Position numbers and translations under genes: made by a program
From: Dehalococcoidia bacterium
Lineage (GTDB): Bacteria; Chloroflexota; Dehalococcoidia; UBA2979
Direction of reading: 5' to 3'
Assembly: GCA_964291495.2 (NCBI GenBank)
Contig: OZ219872.1
Location: 608,001 to 672,000, forward strand
Length of the DNA: 64,000 nt
Part shown: piece after piece, positions 8,975 through 19,079 of the stretch
Layout of the letters: each line of letters opens with the position of its first letter
Position numbering within the stretch: the first letter of the stretch is position 1
The notes under the pieces: model-generated
Told to the model about the DNA's origin: nothing
Database searches by the model: none
The model's input: only the letters and a program-made list of their open reading frames with translations

Positions 8975-10809
8975 GGCGCGCTCCCCTCGGGCTCGAGCAG
9001 GCCGAGGTCGATTGCCGACTGGACGGCGATGCCCGCGGTCTGGCCCAGCCCGCAGATCGAGGCGTCGGTCATCGCCCTCGCGACGTCGCCGAGAATGGCG
9101 ATCTCGTCGCCGGCGTTGCCGTTCGCGCTCGCGAGGCGGTGCAGCGCCTCCGCCTGGCGCACGGTGCCGATGCGGCAGGGCACGCACTGGCCGCACGACT
9201 CGTCGCGGAAGAACGCCGCGATGCGCCGCGTCGCGTCCGCGAGGTCGACGGACTGCCCGAAGACGGTCACCGCACCCGAGCCGAGCGAGACGCCGGCTGC
9301 CCGCGCGTCCTCGAAGGTGAGCGGCAGATCGAGCTGCGAGACGGTCACGAATGAGCCCGCCGCGCCGCCGAGCAGCACCGCCTTCGGGTCGCCGCCGCCA
9401 TCGACGCCCCCGGCGAGCACGATCAGCTCACGCAGCGTCGCGCCGAACGGGACCTCGTAGACGCCGGGCCGCGCGACGCTGCCGGCGAGGCAGAACAGCT
9501 TCGTGCCCGTCGAGCCCTCGGTCCCCGCCTCGGCGAAGGCGGCGCCGCCCTCGAGGACGATCGCGGGCACGTTGGCGAACGTCTCGACGTTGTTGACGAG
9601 CGTCGGCTTGCCGAAGAGGCCGGCCTGCGTCGGGTAGGGCGGCTTGTTGCGCGGCTCTCCCCGGTAGCCCTCGATCGAGTTGAAGAGCGCGGTTTCCTCG
9701 CCGCAGATGTAGGCGCCGGCGCCGCGCCGGATCTCGATCGTGAAGCGCAGGCCGCAGCCGAGCACGTCGTCGCCGAGCAGCCCCGCCGCCTCGGCCTGCG
9801 CGATCGCGGCCTCGAGGCGCGCCGTCGCCAGCGGGTACTCGCGGCGAATGTAGAGGTAGCCGTGCTCCGCGCCCGTGGTCACGCCGGCGATGGTCATCGC
9901 CTCGATCAGCGCGAACGGGTCGTGCTCCATCAGCACGCGGTCCTTGAAGGTGCCCGGCTCGGATTCGTCGGCATTGCAGACCACGTAGCGCGGGCGCGCG
10001 TCGGCGTTCGCCACGTCGGCCCACTTGCGGCCCGCCGGGAACGCCGCCCCGCCGCGCCCGAGCATCCGCGAGGCGATCAGCTCGTCGATCACCCACTGCG
10101 GCCCGCGCTCGAGCGCCACCCGCAACGCCTCGTAGCCGCCCTGCGCGCGGAAGTCCTCCAGGCTTCCCGGGTCGACGAGGCCCACGCGGCTCAGCAGCCG
10201 CAGCCCTTCCGCGCGCGGCTCGGCGGCCTGCGGCGCCGAGACGGCCGCCTCCGAGGCCTCGTCCGCGCCTCCGTCGCCACGCAGCCCGGCCAGCACGGCG
10301 GGAGCGTCCGCCGCGGCGAGGACGCGGTCCTCGCCGGCGGCGATCTGCAGCAGCGCCGCCGGCGCGCGCTCGCAGACGCCGAGGCAGGGGCTCGGCTCCC
10401 ACGTCGCGCCCTCGTCGCCCTCAAGGCCGCGCTCGACCTCGGCGGCGAGCGCGCCCGCGCCGGCGTTGCGGCAGACGATGTCGTCGCAGAGGTGGGCGAC
10501 GCGCGGCGGGCGCTCGCGGGTGGAGAGCAGCGCGTAGGACTCGGCGACGCCGTAGGCCTCGGCCGGCGGGACGCGCAGGCGCTCGCAGACGTAGCCGAGG
10601 GCGCCCGCGCTGATCCAGCCGATCGCGTCCTGCACGGCATGCAGCGCGGGCAGCAGCAGCTGGCGCTCCTCGCGGGCCTGTTGCGGGCGGCCGCGCTCGC
10701 TGCGGCCGGGGCCATCGCCGCCGTGCGGGGCGGGCGGCGGCCCGAGCAGCGCGTCGACTGCGGCGCGCTCCGCCGCCGAGGCGGGAGTGGGGAGACGGTG
10801 GACTTCCAC
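8971..10809 (-). CDS. NuoE-NuoF (FdsG-FdsB)-like fused diaphorase subunit
   Basis: NuoE-like LLPALHAVQ..CDDIVC..CLGVC; NuoF GRGGAAFP, NADESEPGTFKDR, GAGAYICGEETAL, ESCGQCVPC; start GTG 10809. Confidence 0.9.
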   Translation of the reverse strand: MEVHRLPTPASAAERAAVDALLGPPPAPHGGDGPGRSERGRPQQAREERQLLLPALHAVQDAIGWISAGALGYVCERLRVPPAEAYGVAESYALLSTRERPPRVAHLCDDIVCRNAGAGALAAEVERGLEGDEGATWEPSPCLGVCERAPAALLQIAAGEDRVLAAADAPAVLAGLRGDGGADEASEAAVSAPQAAEPRAEGLRLLSRVGLVDPGSLEDFRAQGGYEALRVALERGPQWVIDELIASRMLGRGGAAFPAGRKWADVANADARPRYVVCNADESEPGTFKDRVLMEHDPFALIEAMTIAGVTTGAEHGYLYIRREYPLATARLEAAIAQAEAAGLLGDDVLGCGLRFTIEIRRGAGAYICGEETALFNSIEGYRGEPRNKPPYPTQAGLFGKPTLVNNVETFANVPAIVLEGGAAFAEAGTEGSTGTKLFCLAGSVARPGVYEVPFGATLRELIVLAGGVDGGGDPKAVLLGGAAGSFVTVSQLDLPLTFEDARAAGVSLGSGAVTVFGQSVDLADATRRIAAFFRDESCGQCVPCRIGTVRQAEALHRLASANGNAGDEIAILGDVARAMTDASICGLGQTAGIAVQSAIDLGLLEPEGSAP

Positions 10810-10814
10810 GGTCC

Positions 10815-12707
10815 TCAGCCGATCTTCTCGATGCGGATCGCCGAGGCCTTGAACTCTGAGGTGCCGGACTTCGGATCCCACGCCTCGATGGTGAGGCGGT
10901 TGGTGTCGACGTCGTCAGGGAAGTGCAGCGTCATGAAGGCGAGGCCCGGCCGCAGCTCCGTCGCGTAGCGCACCGGCGCCTCCAGCTCGCCCCGCCGCGA
11001 GCAAACGCGCACGCGCTCGCCGTCCGCCACGCCGAGGCGCGCGCCGTCCTCGGGCGAGATGTCGAGCGTCTCGGGAGCGCGCAGCGGCGAGCCGTAGTCG
11101 GCGCTCTGCACCCCCGTGTTGTAGGAGTCGAGGCGGCGTCCCGTCGTCAGCCGGATCGGGTACTCCTCGGTCAACTCGTCGACCGGCGGGACGTGCTCGA
11201 CGGGGTGGAAGGGGACGCGCGGGCCCTCGAGCGGGTCGCGCCAGAGCCGCCCGTGGAGGAACACGGATCCGGGATCCTGCTCGTCGGTGCAGGGCCACTG
11301 GATGCCGCCCAGCTCCTCGAGGCGCGCGTAGCGCATCCCGCCGTGGAGCGGCGAGAGGCCGCGCAGCTCGTCCCAGACCTGCTCCGCGTCCGGGGCGCCC
11401 CAGTCCGCGCCGAGCCGCCCCGCGAGCGCGAAGACGATGTCGAGGTCGTCGCGCGCCTCACCGGGTGGGTCGAGCGCCCTGCGCACGCGCTGCACGCGGC
11501 GCTCGCTGTTGGTCACGGTGCCCTCGGTCTCCGCCCAGGCGGCGGCGGCCGGGAGCACCACGTCGGCCATCTCCGCGGTCTTCGTGAGCACGATGTCCTG
11601 TACGACGAGGTGGTCGAGGCCGTCGAGCAGCCGCCGCGCGCGCTGCACGTCGGCCTCGGACTGCGCGGGGTTCTCGCCGATCACGTAGAGCGTGCGCAGT
11701 TCCCCGTGCTCCATCGCCTCGAACATCTCGGTCAGGTGCCAGCCGTTGCGCGGCGGCACCGTCACGCCCCACGCCGCCTCGAAACGGGCGCGGGCCGCGT
11801 CATCCTCGACGTCCTGGAAGCCCGGCAGGCGGTTCGGCACCGCGCCCATGTCGCCGCCGCCCTGCACGTTGTTCTGGCCGCGCAGCGGGTTGACGCCGGA
11901 TCCGAGGCGGCCCACGTGGCCGGTGAGCAGCGCGAGGTTGATGAGGGCGAGCACGTGGTCCGTGGCGTTGTGATGCTCGGTGATGCCGAGCGTCCAGCAG
12001 AGCTGCGCCGTTTCGGCGCTGCCGTAGGCGTGGGCCAGCTCGCGGACCGCCTCGGCCGGCACGCCCGAGATCGCCTCCGCGCGCTCCAGCGTGTACGGCT
12101 CGACGGACTCGCGGTACGCCTCGAAGTACTCGGTCGCCCGCTCGACGAACTCGCGGTGGGCGAGGCCGGCGTGGATGATCTCGCGCCCGACGGCGTTCGC
12201 GAGCGCGATGTCGGCGCCGACGTCGGGACCGAGCCAGAGGTCGGCCCACTCCGAGGTGGTGGTGCGGCGGGGATCGACGACGATCAGCCGCGCGCCGTTG
12301 CGGATGCCCGTGAGCACGTGGTGGAAGTAGATCGGGTGCGTCTCGCGGGCATTCGAGCCCCAGAGCACGATCAGGTCGGTGTCCTCAGTCTCCTCGTAGG
12401 AGCTGGTCCCGCCTCCCAGGCCAAACACCATCGCCAGACCGGCGACGCTGGGCGCGTGTCAGGTGCGATTGCAGCTGTCGATGTTGTTGCTGCCGATGAC
12501 GGCGCGGGCGAGCTTCTGCGCGGCGTAGTTCAGCTCGTTCGTGCCTTTCGAGCAGCTGAACAGGCCGAACGAGTGCGGGCCATGCGCCTCCGTCGCGCGC
12601 TTGATGCCCTCGGCGGCCCGGTCGAGCGCCTCGTCCCACGAGGCGCGGCGCAGCTCGCCGCCCTCGCGGACGAGTGGATGCGTCAAGCGGGTATAGCGCC
12701 GGCCCAT
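10815..12707 (-). CDS. Selenocysteine-containing formate dehydrogenase catalytic (Mo/W-bisPGD) subunit, 630 aa; UGA at 12459-12461 = Sec
   Basis: ORFs 12459..12707 and 10815..12431 are in frame and read IDSCNRT-U-HAPSVAGL (FdhF-type UH motif); LRGQNNVQG, molydopterin-binding C-terminus; SECIS follows; selC in window. Confidence 0.92.
12426..12450 (-). promoter_or_regulatory. Bacterial SECIS hairpin
   Basis: Minus strand UGA-CACGCGCCCAG-CGUCGCC-GGUCU-GGCGAUG: 7-bp stem starting 11 nt after UGA, GGUCU apex as in the E. coli fdhF SECIS region. Confidence 0.85.
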
Positions 12708-12831
12708 CGCGAACCTCCCGGTCGCTCGGACCGCTCAGGATACGACTCGGGGGGAGGCCTTGCCTCCCCTCAGCGGTATCATGCGCACGGCGCCCGCGGG
12801 CGCGAGCGCGGGCGAAAGGTGCGCCGAGCCG

Positions 12832-14055
12832 ATGACGAACCCCGGCGCACCGCGCACGGAATCAGGCGTCTCGCCGGACCCGCGAACGAGCGGGGCCGCG
12901 TCCGGCTCCGCGCTCTGGACACTCGACTTCACCCTCAACGCGCTCGGCACGGTCGGCTTCTTCGGCAGCTTCTTCTACCTGCTCTCGGTGCTGCCCGAGT
13001 ACATCGACTCGATCGGTGGGGAGAAGTGGCAGATCGGCGTGATCGTGGGCGGCTTCGGGTTCGTGCCCCTGGTGCTGCGGCCCTTCGTGGGCCGCTGGAG
13101 CGACCGCGGACACCGCAAGCGCCTGCAGCGCATCGGCATCCTGACGATGGTCGTGGCGACCGCACTGATGGTGTTCTCGGAGGACGTGATCTCGCTGTTC
13201 GTCTTGCGGGTTGGGCAGGGCATCGGCATGGCGCTGTTCCCCACCGCGGCCGCCTCGATGGCCGCCGAGTTGGCTCCGCCCGCCCGGCGCGGCGAGGGCC
13301 TGGGCTACTTCGGGATGTCGACGAGCTCCGCGCAGATGATCACGCCGGCCCTGGGCGTCGCGATCGCCGGGCTGTGGGGCTTCGACGCGGTCTTCATCGT
13401 CGCCGCCGCGACCGCCCTCGTGACGCTGCTGGTGGTGCAGCCGATCGACGAGCCCGCCAGCGAGGCGCAGGCCGAGGACGGCTCCGCGCTCATCGCGCGG
13501 CGCGCGATCTTCCCGATGCTGATCTTCCTCTCGGTTACGTTCTCGATCGTCGCCGCCTCGGCGTTCCTGCCACTGCACGGCAGCGACCGAGGGCTCGGCA
13601 ACGTCGGGTTGTTCTTCCTCGTCTCCGGCGCCGGCGCGATCGTGGTCCGGCCCGTCGCCGGGCGGGTCTCCGACGGGTTGGGCCGCGTGCCGGTGGCCGT
13701 GCCCGGGCTGGTGCTGAGTTGCGCCGGGATGTGGCTTGTCGCGGTCGCGCAGTCGCCGCCGATGCTCTGGTTTGCCGCTGCGCTGGTCGGGCTCGGCCTC
13801 GGCGCATCGCACACCAGCCTGCTCTCGCTCGCCGTCGACCGCGTGCCGGCCAGCGAGAAGGGGCGCGCAGCGGCGGTGCTGCAGCTCGCGTGGGACCTCG
13901 GAGGGTTGTCCGGCGCGATCACGCTCGGCGTCGTCGCGACGCTGCTCGGCGTCGTCTCCGTGTTCTGGGCGGCGGGCCTGATCGTGCTGGCCGCCCTGCT
14001 CACGCTGCTCGCCGCCTCGATTCGCGGCAGGCTGGCGCTGACCGCCACGGACTGA
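12832..14055 (+). CDS. MFS transporter
   Basis: About 12 hydrophobic segments; motif A GRWSDRGHRK and GRVSDGLGRV. Confidence 0.88.
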   Translation: MTNPGAPRTESGVSPDPRTSGAASGSALWTLDFTLNALGTVGFFGSFFYLLSVLPEYIDSIGGEKWQIGVIVGGFGFVPLVLRPFVGRWSDRGHRKRLQRIGILTMVVATALMVFSEDVISLFVLRVGQGIGMALFPTAAASMAAELAPPARRGEGLGYFGMSTSSAQMITPALGVAIAGLWGFDAVFIVAAATALVTLLVVQPIDEPASEAQAEDGSALIARRAIFPMLIFLSVTFSIVAASAFLPLHGSDRGLGNVGLFFLVSGAGAIVVRPVAGRVSDGLGRVPVAVPGLVLSCAGMWLVAVAQSPPMLWFAAALVGLGLGASHTSLLSLAVDRVPASEKGRAAAVLQLAWDLGGLSGAITLGVVATLLGVVSVFWAAGLIVLAALLTLLAASIRGRLALTATD

Positions 14056-14103
14056 GCGGCCGCACCCGGCTCGCGAGGGCAGCCCGCCCGCTACGCCCCG
14101 TGC

Positions 14104-15117
14104 CTACTCCATCGGCTCGAGGCCGTAGACCTCCATCGCGGTCCCGCGGAACATCCGGTCCTTCTCAGACTCGGAGAAGTCCGCCACCAGCTTCTTGAAG
14201 GCGTTCCAGACCACGTGGTACGAGACCGAGGGCTTGTCCGCCGGGAAGTTGCTCTCGAACATCGAGCGCTCCGGCCCGAACGCCTCGATCGCGTGCAGGT
14301 AGTAGCGGCTCTGCAGCGCGACCAGCTCGTCCGAGGTGCCCGGCCGCTCGCGCGCCTCCCAGCCGAAGCCGTTCCACGGCATCAGCATCCCGCCGAGCTT
14401 GATGTAGGTGTTCGGCAACGTTGCCAGCTCCGAGATGCCCTGCTTCCAGACCTCGAAGATCTCGTCGGCCTGGCTCGCGTAGGGGCCAGTGTTGAGCGGC
14501 GTCCCGAGGTGGTCGAGCACGATCGTCGTGTCCGGGAAGTCGCGCGCAAGCTCCGTCAGGTACGGGGTCTGCGGGTGGTAGTGCCAGCCGTCGAACATCA
14601 GCCCCAGCGAGGCCAGCTCCGCGAAGCCCTCGCGGAAGCGCGAATCGCGGTAGGCCTCGGCATTCTCGAGGGTGGGCATGCTCGGCACCGTGTCGCTCTC
14701 GTCCCAGGCGACGATCTGGCGGATGCCCTTGAACAGCGGGCTCGCCTCGGTCTGCGCCTCCAGGCAGCGGCGCACGCCCGATCCGAGGAACAGGTCGGCT
14801 GTGCCGACGATGGCGCGCACACGCGCCTTGCCCGCCTCGGCTTCCTCCGCCTCTGCGGCGAGCCCGGCCACCCACTCCGTCTGACCGACGGGCTTGAGGT
14901 CCTCCGGGCCGTCCTCGCGGAACATCGCCCCGCACTCGATGAACACGGTCTGCTCCACGTTGTGGGTGTCCGTGTCCGCCCAGTAGTGCTCGAGCAGGTA
15001 GTCCTCGAAGCCGTGCTCGCTGTTGTAGAAGAAGTGGTGATGCGGATCGACGATCGGCCGCTCCGGCTCGATGATCTCTTCCTGCACCAGCGCGAGCCAG
15101 TCCTCGCGGATCTCCAT
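14104..15117 (-). CDS. Amidohydrolase family 2 protein (lactonase-like)
   Basis: IVDPHHH, VLDHLG, YIKLGG, MFESNFP; real start ATG 15117 (MEIREDWL) with AAGGGG RBS. Confidence 0.88.
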   Translation of the reverse strand: MEIREDWLALVQEEIIEPERPIVDPHHHFFYNSEHGFEDYLLEHYWADTDTHNVEQTVFIECGAMFREDGPEDLKPVGQTEWVAGLAAEAEEAEAGKARVRAIVGTADLFLGSGVRRCLEAQTEASPLFKGIRQIVAWDESDTVPSMPTLENAEAYRDSRFREGFAELASLGLMFDGWHYHPQTPYLTELARDFPDTTIVLDHLGTPLNTGPYASQADEIFEVWKQGISELATLPNTYIKLGGMLMPWNGFGWEARERPGTSDELVALQSRYYLHAIEAFGPERSMFESNFPADKPSVSYHVVWNAFKKLVADFSESEKDRMFRGTAMEVYGLEPME

Positions 15118-15300
15118 GGCTTTGTCCCCCTTCGCAGAGTCTCGACAGGCCGCCCGCGGGCGGCGCGCCGCATGGTAGCCGATCGGCGCTCTCGCGCCAG
15201 TGCTCGCGACGCCATCGAGGGCGGCGGGTCGCTCAGGCCGTGCCGTCTGTGCCATGCTCGCGGCGTCCTGCCGCACGCGATGGCATCGGAGGGCGATCGG

Positions 15301-17781
15301 ATGTCTGAAGCTCCCGGCCCGCTGGCGGGCCTGCGCGTCGTCGAGGTCGCGGCCGGCACGGCCGTCGCCTACTGCGGGCAGCTGCTCGCCCAGGCAGGCG
15401 CCGACATCGTGCGCGTCGAGCCTCCCGAGGGCGACGAGATCCGCCTGCAGGGCCCCTTCCCCGGCGACCGCTTCGGCCTCGACGACGGCGGCATGCACCG
15501 CGTGCTCAACGGCGGCAAGCGCAGCGTCAGCGCCGAGGGCGCGGCGAGCCTCGAGGCGCTCGTCGCGGACTGCGATCTGCTGCTCAGCTCGCACCAGGCG
15601 GAGAGCGCGCTGCCCCTCGACGACCCCGAGGAGTTCGCGAGCCGCTTCCCCGGCGTGACGTACGTCTCGGTGAGCCCATTCGGCGCGACCGGCCCGTACG
15701 CCTCGTACCGCGCGGACAGCCAGGTGATCGAGGCGCTGTCCGGGTTCTCCTACGTCACTGGCAACCCGGACCGCGAGCCGCTCGCCATGGGCGTCGACAT
15801 CGCCGACTACTTCGCGGGGGTCAACGGCTACATCGCCGCGACGGCGGCGCTGTTCGATGGCGGACGAGGCTTCGTCGACGTCTCGTCGCTCGAATCGCTC
15901 GCGCTGGCGGACGATCACACGCTGGCGGTGTACGCGGGCACGGGCGCGATCCGCCGCCGCTACTACTCGCGGGTGCTGATCGCCTATCCGATGGACGTGC
16001 TGCCCTGCAAGGACGGGGCGGTCGCGTTCATCATGCAGGCCAACTCCGCCCCACCGCTCGCGGAGCTGATCGGCAGGCCCGAGCTGGCCGAGGCGCCGAT
16101 CCTCGCCCAGATGCGCGAGCGCGTGCTGAACTGGCAGGACTTCGACGCCCTGATCCTCCCCTGGCTCGCTGCGCACAGCGCGGACGAGGTGGTGGAGCGG
16201 GCCCGCGAGCTGCGGCTGCCCTTCGGATACGTGCTGCGGGCGCCCGAGCTGCTCGAGGACGAGCACCTCAACGAGCGCGGCTTCTTCGATCCGCCGCCCG
16301 GCGGAGCGCGCACGCTCGGCCCGCCCTTCCGCCTGACCGGGACGCCGATGCGCTCCGGCGCCCCGCCGACGCTCGGCGAGCACGACGCGCAGCCGTGGCC
16401 CGCGCCGCGCGAGGGCGCGTGGGGGCGTCGCGGCGCCCTCGACGGGCTGAAGGTGATCGACCTCTCCCGCGTCTGGGCGGGGCCGCACATCGGCCGCTCG
16501 CTCGCCGACCTCGGCGCGGACGTGGTGAAGGTCGAGCGCCCGCACCTGCCCGGCACGCTGCGCAGCGGCTTCATCGCCGGCAACGACGCGAACGGCGCGT
16601 ACTGGAACCGCTCGACCTACTTCCTCGCGCGCAACGCGGGCAAGCGTGCGCTCACGCTCGACTACGCCACCGACGAGGGGCAGGAGGTGCTGCACCGCCT
16701 GCTCGCCGAGGCCGACGTGCTGATCGAGAACTTCACCCCGCCGGTGCTGCGCCGCTACTCGCTGGACTACGCATCGCTGCAGGAGCGCCACCCGCATCTC
16801 GTGATGGTCTCGGTCTGCGGCTACGGGCAGACCGGGCCGAACAGCGACAACCCCGCGCTCGGCCAGACGATCGAGCCGGCCGCCGGCATCTCGGCGGTAA
16901 CCGGCTACGAGGGCGAGCCGCCGATCCTCGCGGGCAACACGCTCGGCGACGCGTTCTCCGGGATGCACGCCGTAGCCGGGGTGTTGACGGCGCTGCTGGC
17001 GCGCGAGCAGAGCGGCCACGGCCAGCACGTCGACGTGGCGATGCAGGAGGCGATGATCCAACTCAGCGGGCTGCACGTCATGGACTCGCTGCTCAACGGC
17101 CGCGTGCACGCCCCGGCCGGCAACCGCCGCCCCGGCATGGTGCGCGGCGCCTACCGCTGCGAGGGCGACGACGCCTTCGTCGCGATCAGCGCCCGCGGCG
17201 ACGGCGAGTGGGCGGCGCTCTGTCAGGCGATCGGCCGCCCCGAGCTCGCGCGCGACGAGCGCTTCCGCGACGACGCCGCCCGCGACGCCTCGCACGACGC
17301 GATCGACGCGATCCTCGGCGAGTGGGCGATCGGCCGGACCAACGTCGAGGCGATGGAGACGCTGCAGGCGGCGGGCGTGCCCGCCGGCGCGGCGCTACGC
17401 CCGGACGAGGTCTTCACGAACGAGCAGCTGCTCGCGCGGCGCTTCTTCGAGCCCGTCGAGCTGCCGGATTTCGGGGAGATCCCGCTCCAGCGCTACATCC
17501 CCGCGCTCTTCGACGGCGCGCCCTACCCGCCTCCCGGCCGCTCCCCGATCGTCGACGAGCACACCGACGCCGTGCTGGCCGAGGCGGGACTGTCCGCCGG
17601 GGAGCGGCAACGGCTGTTCGACACCGGGATCACCGCCCCGGACCTCAGCGTGCTGCAATCGGACGCGATGCGCGCGACGCGCACCATGGACCTCGAGGCC
17701 TACGTGGAGCAGGGCTCCGTGTTGCGGATCGACGAGGACTACCGCGAGCGGCTGGCGGCGGCGCTGCGCGCCTCCTCCTGA
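15301..17781 (+). CDS. Tandem two-domain family III CoA-transferase
   Basis: PLAGLRVVE...NGGKRSV...IADYFAG; second domain LDGLKVIDLSRVWAGP...GKRALTLD...LGDAFSG; ATG 15301. Confidence 0.9.
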   Translation: MSEAPGPLAGLRVVEVAAGTAVAYCGQLLAQAGADIVRVEPPEGDEIRLQGPFPGDRFGLDDGGMHRVLNGGKRSVSAEGAASLEALVADCDLLLSSHQAESALPLDDPEEFASRFPGVTYVSVSPFGATGPYASYRADSQVIEALSGFSYVTGNPDREPLAMGVDIADYFAGVNGYIAATAALFDGGRGFVDVSSLESLALADDHTLAVYAGTGAIRRRYYSRVLIAYPMDVLPCKDGAVAFIMQANSAPPLAELIGRPELAEAPILAQMRERVLNWQDFDALILPWLAAHSADEVVERARELRLPFGYVLRAPELLEDEHLNERGFFDPPPGGARTLGPPFRLTGTPMRSGAPPTLGEHDAQPWPAPREGAWGRRGALDGLKVIDLSRVWAGPHIGRSLADLGADVVKVERPHLPGTLRSGFIAGNDANGAYWNRSTYFLARNAGKRALTLDYATDEGQEVLHRLLAEADVLIENFTPPVLRRYSLDYASLQERHPHLVMVSVCGYGQTGPNSDNPALGQTIEPAAGISAVTGYEGEPPILAGNTLGDAFSGMHAVAGVLTALLAREQSGHGQHVDVAMQEAMIQLSGLHVMDSLLNGRVHAPAGNRRPGMVRGAYRCEGDDAFVAISARGDGEWAALCQAIGRPELARDERFRDDAARDASHDAIDAILGEWAIGRTNVEAMETLQAAGVPAGAALRPDEVFTNEQLLARRFFEPVELPDFGEIPLQRYIPALFDGAPYPPPGRSPIVDEHTDAVLAEAGLSAGERQRLFDTGITAPDLSVLQSDAMRATRTMDLEAYVEQGSVLRIDEDYRERLAAALRASS

Positions 17782-19022
17782 GCCTCGCCCGCCGGGGCGT
17801 CGCCATTCGTTGCACGCGGCGGCCCGTGCGACTGCGCGATCACGCCGCCCTCGATCAGCGGCGCGAGTTCGGCGTCACCGAGGCCGAGTTCCTCGCCCAG
17901 CACCTCGACCGTGTGCTCACCGAGCAGCGGGGCGGAGACGATCGGCACCTTGCTTTCCGACATGCGCGGCGGCCAGCCCATGAAGCGCAGCGTGCCCGCC
18001 TGCGGGTGCTCAGCCTCCTGCACGAAGCCGCGCGAGACCAGGTGCGGATCGTGATGCAGCTCATAGGTGTCGAGGGTGGCGCCGGCCGGCACGTCACCGT
18101 CGCCGAGGATGTGCATCGCCTCGTGCTTGGTGTGCTGGCTGGTCCACTTCGTGATCTCTTCACGCAGCTCCGCGGCGTGCTCGATTCGCGCCTGCTCGGT
18201 GGCGAAGCGCGGGTCGGTGAGCATGTCGGTGCGGTCGATGGCGGCGCAGAGCGTGTCCCACTGCCGCGTGGTGACGACCATCAGGTAGACGTAGTCGTTG
18301 GGACCGAACGGCTTGCAGGGGTAGAGGTCCGTCCCGGGGCCGCTGCGGTTGCCGCGCCGCGGCGCGGCCGAGTTACCCCACTCCGAACCGTTCGCGATGA
18401 CGGTGCGCATGTAGTAGGTCATGGCCTCCTGCATCGAAAGCTCGATGAACTGGCCCTCGCCGGTGCGCTGCCGCTGCACGAAGGCGGCCGTGATCGCGAG
18501 CGCCATCTGCACGCCCGTTCCGGCGTCGCCGACGGTGAGGCCGGGCCGGATCGGCGGGCCGTCCGGGAACCCGGTGACGGAGAAGGAGCCGCCCATCGCC
18601 TGGGCGACCATGTCGTAGGACTTGAAGTGCGCGTAGGGGCCCTCGAGGCCGAAGCCCTTGATGCGCCCGTAGATCAGGGCCGGGTGGAGCTCGCGCAGCA
18701 CCGGGTAGTCGATGTCCAGCTTCTCGATCACGCCCGGGCCGTAGTTCTCGACGAAGACATCGAAGCGCGGCACCAGCTCCAGGAACAGATCGCGGCCCTC
18801 GGGCCGGCCGAGGTCGAGCGCGACGCTGCGCTTGTTGGAGTTCCAGTTGAGGAAGTAGGGGCGCGGATCGATACCCCGCGCGACGCCGCGTCCGGGATCG
18901 CCCGTGCCCGGCCGTTCGAGCTTGACGATGTCGGCTCCCAGCCAGGCGAGGGCCTGCGTGCAGGACGTACCCGCCTCGTACTGGGTCATGTCGAGCACCC
19001 TCATGCCGTCGAGCGCAGGCAT
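17739..19022 (-). CDS. Family III CoA-transferase, formyl-CoA transferase (Frc)-like
   Basis: LDGMRVLDMTQYEAGTSCTQALAWLGADIVKLE, NSNKRS, ENYGPG, VGDAGTG. Confidence 0.88.
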   Translation of the reverse strand: MPALDGMRVLDMTQYEAGTSCTQALAWLGADIVKLERPGTGDPGRGVARGIDPRPYFLNWNSNKRSVALDLGRPEGRDLFLELVPRFDVFVENYGPGVIEKLDIDYPVLRELHPALIYGRIKGFGLEGPYAHFKSYDMVAQAMGGSFSVTGFPDGPPIRPGLTVGDAGTGVQMALAITAAFVQRQRTGEGQFIELSMQEAMTYYMRTVIANGSEWGNSAAPRRGNRSGPGTDLYPCKPFGPNDYVYLMVVTTRQWDTLCAAIDRTDMLTDPRFATEQARIEHAAELREEITKWTSQHTKHEAMHILGDGDVPAGATLDTYELHHDPHLVSRGFVQEAEHPQAGTLRFMGWPPRMSESKVPIVSAPLLGEHTVEVLGEELGLGDAELAPLIEGGVIAQSHGPPRATNGDAPAGEAQEEARSAAASRSR

Positions 19023-19079
19023 GGCTCCTCCTCCCGCGCCGATATCACGCGCGTTGCAGCCTAGCGTACTCCAGGTCTG

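Noticed and set aside
8971-10809. Respiratory complex I or hydrogenase operon
   Set aside because: No membrane Nuo or NiFe/FeFe subunits; context is formate dehydrogenase
12459-12461. fdh as a nonsense pseudogene or two genes
   Set aside because: The stop is UGA at the metal-ligand position, with a SECIS and selC present
10923-14198. Very long alternative ORFs (10923..14198, 28742..31087, 47952..50831, 2119..4113, 16395..19064 and similar)
   Set aside because: Antisense or off-frame shadows of clear genes; Arg/Ala/Pro-rich, no motifs; expected in ~70% GC DNA
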